Below the pieces are notes generated by a model. The model did not search any database and was not told where the DNA came from. It saw only the letters and a list, made by a program, of their open reading frames with translations. A program made the translations under genes and the position numbers. Positions 18,429 to 27,143 of a stretch of DNA of 32,610 nt are shown here, piece after piece. This stretch comes from a virus (lineage: Duplodnaviria > Caudoviricetes). Position 1 is the stretch's first letter; each line of letters opens with the position of its first letter. Where the stretch lies: the IMG/VR virus record IMGVR_UViG_3300049859_000114, positions 1 to 32,610 of that record. One strand, 5' to 3'.

Positions 18429-20269
18429 CCACCGCCCGTGGCCTGACCACGATCACCGACCCGTTCAGGGACCCCGACCCGTTCTACACCGGCACGGGCA
18501 CCACGACCGCCGTCCCCGAAGGATGGCCGGTCGCCATCAACGGCCACGGGTACATGATCGACCTCGCCTCCGACCAGTTCCGGCGCGGCTTCGAGGAGCG
18601 CATCCGTGCCTCGACCGACCAGGGCGGCCTGCCGGGCGAGGCGACGATCAGCCCGCAGGGTCTCTGGCGGCGCTCGCAGACCGACTGGCACCTCGGCGCC
18701 GGCCAGGAGTGGGCCGACGACGCCGAGACCCAGCCCGGCCGGTACTGGAAGTCGAAGGGGATCGACGTCTGGAACAAGGGCGGGGCGACGTTGCTCAACG
18801 AGGCGGTGTCCGTCCAGGCGACCGGCGAATCCAAGCCGTTCATCGCGCAGACCGTGAACCGGGTGTGGATCGCCTACGGCCAGACGGTCAAGTTCGCCAG
18901 CCTCGGCGCCGACCTCACCTCGGGCGGCTCGTGGACGACCTGCACAGGCGGGTACGCCGGCACGATCACCGGCATCGCCGCCGCCAACGACACCCTGCAC
19001 GTCGCCTACACCTCGGCGTCCGACACCTACAAGGTGACCGACTCCGGCTCGGCGCTGTCCGCCTACTGCACCGACCCGATGGACGGTGTCGGCTTCGTGA
19101 AGAACCGGCTGATGGCGTGGAACTCGGCGAGCCTCTACAACATCATCGCCGCCGGCGCGGCCCCCACCCCGCTGCGAACCCTCAACGTCGGCTCGTGGAT
19201 CGGTGTCGCCGCCGGCCCCCAGCACATCTACGCGGCGGCCAGCAACGGCATCGTCTACCGCATCACCATCACCGACGACGCCACCTCGCTCGGCGCCCCC
19301 ACCGTGGCCGGCGAACTCCCGGCCTCCGAGACGCTGCGCACCATCGACTCGTACCTCGGCTTCCTGCTCCTCGGCACCTCGAAGGGCGCCCGGTTCTGCA
19401 CCTCCGACGACAACGGCAACCTCGTCATCGGCCCGCTCGTGTCCACCGGCTCGCAGAACGTCCGCTGCTTCGGGGCGAACGAGAGGTACGTCTGGTTCGG
19501 CTGGCCCAACTACGACGGCTCCTCTGGGCTCGGGCGCATGGACCTGGCCGTGTTCACCACCGCCAACGCCCCCGCCTACGCGACGGACCTGATGGTGAAC
19601 GGCCAGACCGCCGACACCTGGGACATCGAGATCATCAACGGCAAGCCGTTCTTCTCGATCGCGGGCGTCGGGTACTACGTCCAGGGGACCAACAAGGTCG
19701 CCTCCGGCACGCTGGAGACCGGCAAGTTCTCGTTCGGCATCCCCGATACGAAGGTCATCGCCAAGTTGGACGTCCGCACGGCGCCCCTCGAAGGCACCGT
19801 CGACACCGAGATCAGCCTCGACGAAGCGGCGTACCAAGGGACCGGCGAGGCGCTGCTCCCCGGCGGCACCCTCCACGAGTTCACCGTGAACACGCAGACC
19901 TCGTGTTACCAGGCCGGCTTCCGCTTCACCCTCAACCGCGACACCACCGACGCCACCACCGGGCCGACGCTGCTCCGCTGGAACGTCCGCACCTTCGTCG
20001 CCCCCGCCCGGTCGCAGGTCGTCATCGTCCCCGTGCTCCTCCACAGCCGCCTCATCGTCAACGAGGAGGAGCGGTACTGCGACGTCACCCAGGAGCTCAT
20101 CCAGCTCCGCAGCCTCGTCACGAACCCGAGGATCGTCACCTACCAGGACGTGAGCGGCACCTACGATGTGCTGGTCGAGGACGTGCTCTGGACGCCGGAC
20201 AACAACCGAGACATCAGCCGGGTGTGGGACGGCACCGCCACGGTGTCGATGAGAACCATCACCGCGTAG
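18425..20269 (+). CDS. Probable tail nozzle / tubular protein B-like (beta-propeller), 614 aa
   Basis: Repeating beta-blade-like segments (RVWIAYG, TLHVAYT, HIYAAAS, FLLLGTS, YVWFGW); size and position between adaptor and fibre. Confidence 0.6.
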   Translation: MTTARGLTTITDPFRDPDPFYTGTGTTTAVPEGWPVAINGHGYMIDLASDQFRRGFEERIRASTDQGGLPGEATISPQGLWRRSQTDWHLGAGQEWADDAETQPGRYWKSKGIDVWNKGGATLLNEAVSVQATGESKPFIAQTVNRVWIAYGQTVKFASLGADLTSGGSWTTCTGGYAGTITGIAAANDTLHVAYTSASDTYKVTDSGSALSAYCTDPMDGVGFVKNRLMAWNSASLYNIIAAGAAPTPLRTLNVGSWIGVAAGPQHIYAAASNGIVYRITITDDATSLGAPTVAGELPASETLRTIDSYLGFLLLGTSKGARFCTSDDNGNLVIGPLVSTGSQNVRCFGANERYVWFGWPNYDGSSGLGRMDLAVFTTANAPAYATDLMVNGQTADTWDIEIINGKPFFSIAGVGYYVQGTNKVASGTLETGKFSFGIPDTKVIAKLDVRTAPLEGTVDTEISLDEAAYQGTGEALLPGGTLHEFTVNTQTSCYQAGFRFTLNRDTTDATTGPTLLRWNVRTFVAPARSQVVIVPVLLHSRLIVNEEERYCDVTQELIQLRSLVTNPRIVTYQDVSGTYDVLVEDVLWTPDNNRDISRVWDGTATVSMRTITA

Positions 20270-20279
20270 GGGAGCAGCC

Positions 20280-21854
20280 ATGACGATCGCACAGCGGGCA
20301 TACGCCGGGTCGCCGGTCTCGACCACGATCACAGGCGCGATCACGGGCACGTCGCTGTCCATCACGATCGCCGACGCGACCGGCTGGCCGACCGGCAACG
20401 AGTTCTACGCGGTCATCGACCCGGGCACCGCCACCGAGGAGAAGATTCTCTGCACCCGCTCGGGCACCACCATCTCGCTCGCCTCGACTGCGAAGCGTGG
20501 CGTCGACGGCACGAGCGCCGCGTCGCACTCGGGCGGCGCCACCATCTACCCGGTCATCGCCAGCCCCGACGTCGCCGAGCCGAACGCCGCGCTGTCGAAG
20601 ATCACCTCCGAAGGCGACCTGCTCACCCACTCCTCGACCGACTTCCAGCGGCTCGGCATCGGCACCAACGGCCTGCCCCTGGTCGTCAACACCTCGGTCG
20701 GCGGGAAGATGAACTGGGCCCAACTGGGCACGGGCGGCATCGCCGACGACGCGGTCACCTCAGCGAAGATCGCCACTGACGCAGTCGGCTCCGCCGAGAT
20801 CGCCTCCGGCGCCGTGGGCTCCATCGAGATCGCCGACAACGCGGTGACCGCTGCGAAGATCGCCGCCGCGGTCGCGGGCGACGGGCTCGCAGGCGGCGGC
20901 GGCACGGCGCTGTCGGTGAACGTCGACAACGTCGGCATCGAGATCGCCACCGACACCCTCCAGTTGAAGAACGCCGGGGTCACCGCCGCCAAGATCGCCA
21001 CGGCGGTCGCGGGCAACGGCCTGTCCGGTGGAGGCGGCGCCGCCCTCAGCGTCAACGTCGACGGCACCTCCCTCGTCATCATCGCCGACACCCTCCAGGT
21101 GGGCGCCATCTCCGGCTCCTCGATCGGCACAGGCGAGATCGGCTCGACGCAGTTGGCGGCCAACTCGGTCGGCGCCTCGCAGATCGCCACCGACGCGGTC
21201 GGCTCGGCCGAGATCGTGGCCGGCGCGGTCGGCACCAGCGAGCTCGCCGACAACTCGGTGACCGCTGCCAAGATCGCGGCCGGCGAAGTTGGCACCAGCG
21301 AGCTCGCGACAGGCGCTGTGACCGACGTCAAGATCGCGGCCGACTCGGTCAACTCGGGGCACATCGTCACGGGCGGCGTCGGCACCACCGAGCTCGCCAC
21401 TTCGGCGGTGACGGCCGCCAAGATCGGCGACGGCCAGGTGAGCCGGGTGAAGATCACGGGCGGGCGCACCGGCACCTGGCGGCGGGCGAACACCTACCAG
21501 TCGGTCAACAACGCCGACGCCGCGGCGATCGTCTACGACAACGAGGACTCCGACCCGATGGGGTGGGGCTCGGGCGGCACGTTCATCTGCCCGGAGACCG
21601 GCACCTACACGTTCACGCTGCTCGTGAAGTACGAGACGGACACGACCTCGGCTATGGCGATCATCCAGAACTACTCGACCGGGGAGGAGTGGCGCAACGG
21701 TGCGGGCGCCGCCTACGCCTCGCAGGCCCTCAGCATCTCGATCACGCAGCCCTGCACCGCCTCCGAGCAGTATGTGTTCCGCACCTACCACGGCGCCGGC
21801 TCGGCCCGGAACGTCAACGCCCGCATGAACATCGCCTACATCGGGCCGAACTGA
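20280..21854 (+). CDS. Tail fibre protein, 524 aa, repeat shaft and C1q-like tip
   Basis: GGGGAG RBS; many 10-aa repeats (AVTAAKIA / AVGSAEIA); C-terminal FICPETGTYTF resembles the C1q/TNF-like FxxPxxGxYxF motif. Confidence 0.8.
   Translation: MTIAQRAYAGSPVSTTITGAITGTSLSITIADATGWPTGNEFYAVIDPGTATEEKILCTRSGTTISLASTAKRGVDGTSAASHSGGATIYPVIASPDVAEPNAALSKITSEGDLLTHSSTDFQRLGIGTNGLPLVVNTSVGGKMNWAQLGTGGIADDAVTSAKIATDAVGSAEIASGAVGSIEIADNAVTAAKIAAAVAGDGLAGGGGTALSVNVDNVGIEIATDTLQLKNAGVTAAKIATAVAGNGLSGGGGAALSVNVDGTSLVIIADTLQVGAISGSSIGTGEIGSTQLAANSVGASQIATDAVGSAEIVAGAVGTSELADNSVTAAKIAAGEVGTSELATGAVTDVKIAADSVNSGHIVTGGVGTTELATSAVTAAKIGDGQVSRVKITGGRTGTWRRANTYQSVNNADAAAIVYDNEDSDPMGWGSGGTFICPETGTYTFTLLVKYETDTTSAMAIIQNYSTGEEWRNGAGAAYASQALSISITQPCTASEQYVFRTYHGAGSARNVNARMNIAYIGPN
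20740..21455 (+). repeat. Coding tandem repeats of the fibre shaft
   Basis: Decapeptide repeats IAxxAVxxxK/E plus two copies of VAG(D/N)GL(A/S)GGGG(T/A)ALSVNVD...DTLQ. Confidence 0.8.
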
Positions 21855-22609
21855 TGGACGTGATCTTCTACCCACGCGCCGCCTCCGGGCTCGGACAGCC
21901 GATCCGCAACAACGGCACCCCCCGCCCGCTGCTCGCGCCCGACCGGCCGACGCTCACCGTCCACTACACGGGCAACAAGATCACCTACCCGTCGACGACG
22001 GACATGCCCAAGTTCCTCACCACGCTCCAGACGTACGCCTTCAACGCCGGCAAGTCGTTCGAGTACAACTACTGCATCCCGCCCACCGACCGGCCCGAGG
22101 TGTGGGAGTACGCCGGCACCTACCAGGCGGCGCACAGCGAAGGCGAGAACCACCTCGCCTACGGGGTGCTGCTCGTGCTCGGCGTCGGCCAGTCGATGCG
22201 CGACTCCCAGGTGGAGGCGCTGCGCTGGCTGCGCGACATCCACCTCAGGGGCACATCCCGGCTGGCCGACAACGCCCGCACCACGCCGCACCTGTCGATG
22301 CCCGGGGCCGCCACCTCCTGCCCCGGCTCGATGGTGCTCGCCCGCTGGAACGAGATCAACACCCCCTACGGCAGCGGCACGCTCCCGCCGCCCACCCCCA
22401 ACACGGACGGAGAGCCCATGTCCATCGTCGCCTTCTGGAAGGGCCTGCCCGGCCTCATCTTCTACAGCCCGGTCGGCTGGCGATGGGCCCGCGACCAGGC
22501 GGAGATCGACCTGATGGTGTTCCTCGGCATCGCCAAGTACGGCCCCGGCGGCACTCCGATCGAACTCGACCCTGCGACCTGCCCGGCGCCGGAGATCGTC
22601 CCGGCGTGA
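21854..22609 (+). CDS. Endolysin, N-acetylmuramoyl-L-alanine amidase (Amidase_2/PGRP-like), 251 aa
   Basis: ATG 21854 (TGATG overlap). Zn-amidase motifs TVHYTG, EYNY, AAHSEGEN, TPH...ATSCPG; Pro-rich linker; short C-terminal domain. Confidence 0.88.
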   Translation: MDVIFYPRAASGLGQPIRNNGTPRPLLAPDRPTLTVHYTGNKITYPSTTDMPKFLTTLQTYAFNAGKSFEYNYCIPPTDRPEVWEYAGTYQAAHSEGENHLAYGVLLVLGVGQSMRDSQVEALRWLRDIHLRGTSRLADNARTTPHLSMPGAATSCPGSMVLARWNEINTPYGSGTLPPPTPNTDGEPMSIVAFWKGLPGLIFYSPVGWRWARDQAEIDLMVFLGIAKYGPGGTPIELDPATCPAPEIVPA

Positions 22610-22737
22610 TCCCCGCGGCCTGGGTCACCTTCGAGGTGTTCGCCGCCTTCCTCGTCGGGTGGGGGCTCGGCGCGCTCGCGTTCGCCCTGTGGGTCGGCTT
22701 CATGCTGACCCGCCGGCCCTTTCGGGGTGCGCGGTGA
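22606..22737 (+). CDS. Small membrane protein, 43 aa (lysis cassette)
   Basis: GTGA overlaps at both ends; one long hydrophobic segment and a basic tail. Confidence 0.55.
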   Translation: MIPAAWVTFEVFAAFLVGWGLGALAFALWVGFMLTRRPFRGAR

Positions 22738-23075
22738 GCGCCGACAGCCTGGCCGCGGTGTGGGTGGCCGTCATCACGGCGATCGTCGCCCCGACGTGGC
22801 TCGGGTACTGGAACAGCCGCAAGCACCGCAAGACCCTCGACGAGATCAGTGACGCCGTCAACCACCGCCACCGCAAGGCCGCCGGCTCGCCGGCCCTCTA
22901 CGACGCGGTGCTCGAACTCGTCGAATGGCGGCGGCGATGGGATGACCTGCCGGTCGGCATGGACGACAGCGCCGGCCTGGCCGAGCGGTTCACCCGCATC
23001 GACACCGCCCTCCGCCAGAACGTCGTCGAGCACGACCAGATCATCCACATGATCGAGGAGCGTCACCCGCTGTGA
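22734..23075 (+). CDS. Single-TM membrane protein with coiled-coil tail, 113 aa (holin accessory-like)
   Basis: GTG 22734; LAAVWVAVITAIVAPTWLGYW followed by basic residues; next to the endolysin. Confidence 0.65.
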   Translation: MSADSLAAVWVAVITAIVAPTWLGYWNSRKHRKTLDEISDAVNHRHRKAAGSPALYDAVLELVEWRRRWDDLPVGMDDSAGLAERFTRIDTALRQNVVEHDQIIHMIEERHPL

Positions 23076-23641
23076 GGACGTTCGTCGTCGCCTCCACGAC
23101 CGACGTGATGTGGGACGACCTGCGCGTCGACGCCTCCACCACCAACCTCGGCGGCGGCAACCCGGCGTCGGTGACCACGTTCCGCAACGGGGTCCGGGCC
23201 TTGGAGTTCTCCGCCACCGTCGAGCAGTCCTGCTGGTTCGACGTGCAGCTCCCGCACTCGTTCCACCAGTTCACCTCGGCGTACGCGCTCAAGCCCCACA
23301 TCCACTGGTCGCCGACCACCACCACCGCCACCGGCACGGTGATATGGGGCATCGAGTACACCTGGGCGAACCCGTCGCTCGACGGCACCTCCTCGTTCGG
23401 GGCGACCACGCAGACCGAGGGGACGTACACGTTCACGACGAACAAGCAGTACGCCCACCTGCTCACCCCGATGGGCGACATCACGATCACGAACATGGGG
23501 ATCAGCGCGGTGCTGCTCGGCCGGGTGTACCGCAAGGCCGCCACCGACACGTTTGCCGACACCGTCCACGCCGTGTCGATCGACTTCCACTATCCGCTCA
23601 ACGCCCCCGGCTCGATCGGGGAGTTCAACAAGGGGCAGTAG
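23072..23641 (+). CDS. Hypothetical beta-sandwich protein, 189 aa (fibre-tip-like)
   Basis: GAGGAG RBS; WDDLRV...LEFS...FDVQLPH...PHIHWSP pattern typical of phage fibre distal domains; function uncertain. Confidence 0.6.
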   Translation: MRTFVVASTTDVMWDDLRVDASTTNLGGGNPASVTTFRNGVRALEFSATVEQSCWFDVQLPHSFHQFTSAYALKPHIHWSPTTTTATGTVIWGIEYTWANPSLDGTSSFGATTQTEGTYTFTTNKQYAHLLTPMGDITITNMGISAVLLGRVYRKAATDTFADTVHAVSIDFHYPLNAPGSIGEFNKGQ

Positions 23642-23643
23642 CC

Positions 23644-23739
23644 ATGCCGAAGAACCCGAAGCCGAAGCCGGTCGTCAAGGGCAACCCCGCCCCCCACGGT
23701 GGGACCCGCTACGCGCCGTCGAAGAAGAAGGGGAAGTGA
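23644..23739 (+). CDS. Tiny Lys/Pro-rich peptide, 31 aa
   Basis: MPKNPKPKPVVKGNPAPHGGTRYAPSKKKGK fills the gap exactly; AAGGGG RBS; TGATG coupling to the holin. Confidence 0.5.
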   Translation: MPKNPKPKPVVKGNPAPHGGTRYAPSKKKGK

Positions 23740-23978
23740 TGCTGTTCACCTGGAAGTTCTGGTCCGACGCCTTGGAGCGCGCCTTCAAGACCGCCGTGCA
23801 GGCCGTGATGCTCACCTGGGGCGTCGTCGACGGCGTGCTCGACATCGGCACCGTCGACTGGGGCGACACCGCTGCCGTCGCCGCTGGCGGCGCGCTGCTG
23901 TCGATCCTCACCTCGATCATCTCCATGCCCTTCGGGGACAAGGGGACCGCCTCGATCGTCAGCCGACCGGACGCGTGA
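23739..23978 (+). CDS. Holin, r1t-type, 79 aa
   Basis: FWSDALERAFKTAVQA...VDW...ALLSILTSI...GTAS matches the r1t holin pattern; two TM segments. Confidence 0.88.
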   Translation: MLFTWKFWSDALERAFKTAVQAVMLTWGVVDGVLDIGTVDWGDTAAVAAGGALLSILTSIISMPFGDKGTASIVSRPDA

Positions 23979-24609
23979 CGAGGAAGTAGTGGTTCGACCA
24001 GTGCCATGAATCCACCCGGTAGAACGGGTGGACGATGCGCTCGATGCTGCGCCCGTACACGGGGCGGAGCATGTCCATCAGGATGTCGCCGAGGCTGGCG
24101 TGATGCACCTCGATGTACAGGTTCGGCCGCTCCGAGATGGTGGCCTGAGCCCCCGCGAACACGTCGACCTCGTGCCCCTCGACGTCGCACTTGATGAGGT
24201 TCGGCACCCCGTAGCGCGTCGCCAGGTCGTCGACGGTGACGGCCGGCACGACCACCTCCCCCGTGTAGGTGCCCCAGCCCATGCTGGCCGCCCAGTCGGC
24301 GTCGTTCGTGCCCATGTGGGCGGAGGTGAGATGGCCGGCCTCGATGTGGTCCGAGTTGACGGCGAGGCTGACGTAGCCGGCGTAGCGCGAGCACGCCACC
24401 TTCTCGATGACGACGTTCCCTTCGACCGCCTCCAGGTGCTCCCAGTTGTCCTGCCACGGCTCGACGGCCACGACCTGCTCGAAGTGCGGGGCGATGACAC
24501 GGGCCGCCTCGCCACGGTGGGCGCCGATGTCGAATGCCAGCTTGCCCCGGTAGGAGGCGAGCACCCGGGCCGCGGCCGGCGGATCGGTGAGCATCTCGTC
24601 GGGGTGCAT
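23959..24609 (-). CDS. FkbM-family SAM-dependent methyltransferase, 216 aa
   Basis: FDIGAHRG (motif I), VVAVEP, TVDDL, LIKCDVEGHEVDVFAGA, LYIEVH. Confidence 0.88.
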   Translation of the reverse strand: MHPDEMLTDPPAAARVLASYRGKLAFDIGAHRGEAARVIAPHFEQVVAVEPWQDNWEHLEAVEGNVVIEKVACSRYAGYVSLAVNSDHIEAGHLTSAHMGTNDADWAASMGWGTYTGEVVVPAVTVDDLATRYGVPNLIKCDVEGHEVDVFAGAQATISERPNLYIEVHHASLGDILMDMLRPVYGRSIERIVHPFYRVDSWHWSNHYFLVTRPVG

Positions 24610-24656
24610 GGCTCGACCCTACCAACCCCCGAAGGGGTAGATGGTATGATGGGGGC
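24610..24656. promoter_or_regulatory. Back-to-back extended -10 promoters, both probably leaderless
   Basis: + strand TGGTATGAT (24642-24650) 6 nt before ATG 24657; - strand TGGTAGGGT (24624-24616) 6 nt before ATG 24609; no SD on either side. Confidence 0.65.
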
Positions 24657-24797
24657 ATGATGGAGAAGAAGATCACCCCTGAGCTGTGGGCCCGGCGCCC
24701 CCAGCAGCCTCCCGTCGAGCAGTTGTGGGCCCCAACGCTGCTGATGGACCCGGATCGCCTCATGCTGGACTTCTACGTCTGGATGCTGGACCGATGA
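24657..24797 (+). CDS. Small hypothetical protein, 46 aa (not in ORF track)
   Basis: MMEKKITPELWARRPQQPPVEQLWAPTLLMDPDRLMLDFYVWMLDR*; begins right after the -10 box; ATGA-coupled to the next gene. Confidence 0.55.
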   Translation: MMEKKITPELWARRPQQPPVEQLWAPTLLMDPDRLMLDFYVWMLDR

Positions 24798-25384
24798 GCG
24801 ACAACCTGCCCGAGCTCGTCGAGCTCGACGTCGAGGCGGCGACCAACGCACCGACTCTCGCCTCGATGCGCTCCGCCCTCACCGCCGCGGCCGAGCCGAT
24901 CCGCACCGCGCTGCTCACCGCCGACACCGCCATCCACGACGCCATCGCGAAGGGCGACCTGGAGCAGATCGCGTACCTGCTGCGCGGCATCCGCCTCATC
25001 AAGAGCGCCTTCCTCCGGCCGATCGTCGACGACATCGCCGTGCTCGACCGCTCCGCCGAGGACGCGTGCGCCGGCATGATGCCGGACTCGCGCACCATGA
25101 CCGACGTCGGCCTGCTCCACCGCCGCAAGTCGGGCGGCTCGACGACGTGGTCCGGGCGGGACCTGCTCCAGCGCCTTGCCTGCGACGTGGTCGACCCGGA
25201 CACGGGCGAGCGGTTCGCAGCCATCCCGCTCACGGTCGCGCTGGAGGTGCTGCCGCAGGCGTCGGCACCGTCCGCCTCGTGGCGCATCTCCGGGCTCCGC
25301 AACGTCGGCATCGACCCGGACGAGTGGAAGTTCACCATCGGCGACCGCTACACGGTCACCATCGTCGAGGAGGGTCACGCATGA
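24794..25384 (+). CDS. Hypothetical protein of the recombination module, 196 aa
   Basis: ATG 24794 in frame with track ORF 24686..25384; coupled to the annealase gene. Confidence 0.7.
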   Translation: MSDNLPELVELDVEAATNAPTLASMRSALTAAAEPIRTALLTADTAIHDAIAKGDLEQIAYLLRGIRLIKSAFLRPIVDDIAVLDRSAEDACAGMMPDSRTMTDVGLLHRRKSGGSTTWSGRDLLQRLACDVVDPDTGERFAAIPLTVALEVLPQASAPSASWRISGLRNVGIDPDEWKFTIGDRYTVTIVEEGHA

Positions 25385-26379
25385 GCACCACCCAGGCCGG
25401 TGCCGTCGTCACCGGCAACGCCAGCACCACCTACACCTGGCCCGTCCCCGACCGGGAGACGCTCGCCGCCGTCCCGCATCGGTGGGCCCAGCCGCCCGAC
25501 TCGATGGTGTCGAAGATTCCGAAGGGCAACACCCTGCTCGACTACGTCGGGCACGCCGACGTGACCCTCATGCTCATCGACGTCGACCCGGCGTGGGAGT
25601 GGCGCCCGGCGGCGTACGACCCGGAGACCGGCGGGCCCCGCATCCAGATCGTCGGCCAGCGTGCCGTCCTGTGGGGCTTCCTGACCGTGTGCGGGGTGAC
25701 CCGCATGTGTGTCGGCACCTGCCAGGCGAACAAGGGCGAGCCCGAGAAGGAACTCATCGGCGACCTGCTCCGCAACGGGGCGATGCGGTTCGGCATCGCC
25801 ACCTCGCTCTGGTCGAAGTCGGAGGGGATGCCGGACGGCGACAGCGGCGGCGGCTTCGAGCGCCACCACCAGCCCGAGTCTCAGCACAAGCCCGACCACG
25901 CCGACGAACTGATCCAGGCCATGAAGGAGTGGTCGGGCACGGTCGTCGCCGACGCCATGAAGGCGGTCGCTGCGGAGCACGGCAAGCACCTCTCCGCCAA
26001 CGCCATGCGCGAGGACAAGGCGTGGTTCGGCGTGGCGGAGTCTGCGTTCATCGACGCCACGAACGAGTACCACGCGCAGAAGAACCTCGGCATCCCTGAG
26101 CCGGAGATGACGGCGACCGCCGTTGCCAACAACCCGACGATGCTCACCGCGTCGCAGCGCAAGCAGGTCATGGCGATCGCCAACTCGCTCGGGCTCGACC
26201 GAGAGCAGCGCCTCGTCTACGCCCGGGCGGTGATCGACCGGGACATCACCTCGTTCAACGATCTGACGAAGGCCGAGGCGAGCAAGGTGATCGACGCGAT
26301 GATCTCCGACCAGGAGAAGGTCACGATCGACGACGCCCAGGCTGACGAGCAGGACCGCCAGCGCGATGACCCGTTCTGA
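25381..26379 (+). CDS. Rad52/Sak-like single-strand annealing protein with C-terminal extension, 332 aa
   Basis: GGAGG RBS, ATG 25381. LDYVGHADVT...DPAWEW...KELIGDLLRNGAMRFGIATSLW resembles the Rad52/22 core; C-terminal LTASQRKQVMA...LTKAEASKVID module; ends in an SSB-like DDPF. Confidence 0.75.
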   Translation: MSTTQAGAVVTGNASTTYTWPVPDRETLAAVPHRWAQPPDSMVSKIPKGNTLLDYVGHADVTLMLIDVDPAWEWRPAAYDPETGGPRIQIVGQRAVLWGFLTVCGVTRMCVGTCQANKGEPEKELIGDLLRNGAMRFGIATSLWSKSEGMPDGDSGGGFERHHQPESQHKPDHADELIQAMKEWSGTVVADAMKAVAAEHGKHLSANAMREDKAWFGVAESAFIDATNEYHAQKNLGIPEPEMTATAVANNPTMLTASQRKQVMAIANSLGLDREQRLVYARAVIDRDITSFNDLTKAEASKVIDAMISDQEKVTIDDAQADEQDRQRDDPF

Positions 26380-26734
26380 GGTGATCCACATTCAGCCCCC
26401 CGGGCCGGCGATCACGCTGAACAAGCGGCTCCACTGGCGCGCCGAGGCGCAGCACAAGAAGGCGTGGCGCGAGGCGGCGTACTGGTCGTGCCTCGCCAGC
26501 CGGCAGGGCCGCACCACCCTCGACGGCCGCTGGCTGGTCTCGTTCTCGTACCCGGTGAAGTCGCTGCTCGTGCGCCGCGACGGAATGAACTGGATACGGA
26601 CTACGAAGTGGGCGATCGACGGCATGGTGGACGCCGGGGTGTTCGAGGATGACGACAGCAAGCACGTCGTCGTTGCGGACGCAACATTCCACACCGGCCG
26701 GCCCGAGGTGATCGTGACCTTGGAGGAGCTGTGA
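26366..26734 (+). CDS. rusA: RusA-like Holliday junction resolvase
   Basis: TLN...HW...K..W N-terminus; RRDGMN...KWAIDGMVDAGVFEDDD catalytic-type pattern. Confidence 0.8.
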   Translation: MTRSEVIHIQPPGPAITLNKRLHWRAEAQHKKAWREAAYWSCLASRQGRTTLDGRWLVSFSYPVKSLLVRRDGMNWIRTTKWAIDGMVDAGVFEDDDSKHVVVADATFHTGRPEVIVTLEEL

Positions 26735-27021
26735 GCGCGCTGATGATCGAGCCTCTCGAATGGATGGACAAGGCCGAGTGCTACGGCCACACCGACCTGA
26801 TGTTCAACCAGACGCTGTCGAACCGCATCCACGACGAGCGGTGGGCCCGCCCCGGGCTGGCCCTGTGCGCCCGCTGCGAGGTGCGATCGGAGTGCCTGGC
26901 CTGGGCGCTCGGCGAGGACCCCGACCCCGCGTACATGGGGATCGCCGGAGGCAAGACGTACGCCCAGCGGATGCGGATGCGGGCCCTCACCCCGCCTCGA
27001 CGTCGGGCGGTGAAGTGGTGA
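26731..27021 (+). CDS. whiB: WhiB-family Fe-S transcriptional regulator
   Basis: W..KAEC...F...CARCEVRSECLAWAL...GIAGG.T..QR: four Cys and a variant G(I/V)WGG turn. Confidence 0.92.
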   Translation: MSALMIEPLEWMDKAECYGHTDLMFNQTLSNRIHDERWARPGLALCARCEVRSECLAWALGEDPDPAYMGIAGGKTYAQRMRMRALTPPRRRAVKW

Positions 27022-27143
27022 CCTGGCTCCTGATCGGCGCCTTCACCCTGCTCTGCGTCGCCGCGTGCGTCGACGCGATTCGGGATGCCCGGCGGCGGGA
27101 GCGTGGGACATGGCGTGACGAGCACGGGGAGTGGTGGCCGTGA
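27018..27143 (+). CDS. Small membrane peptide, 41 aa
   Basis: GTGA overlaps; TWLLIGAFTLLCVAACV hydrophobic helix then a basic tail. Confidence 0.5.
   Translation: MTWLLIGAFTLLCVAACVDAIRDARRRERGTWRDEHGEWWP

Noticed and set aside
20280-23641. Diversity-generating retroelement or invertible tail-fibre switch
   Set aside because: No reverse transcriptase, no template/variable repeat pair and no inverted recombination sites noticed around fibre genes.
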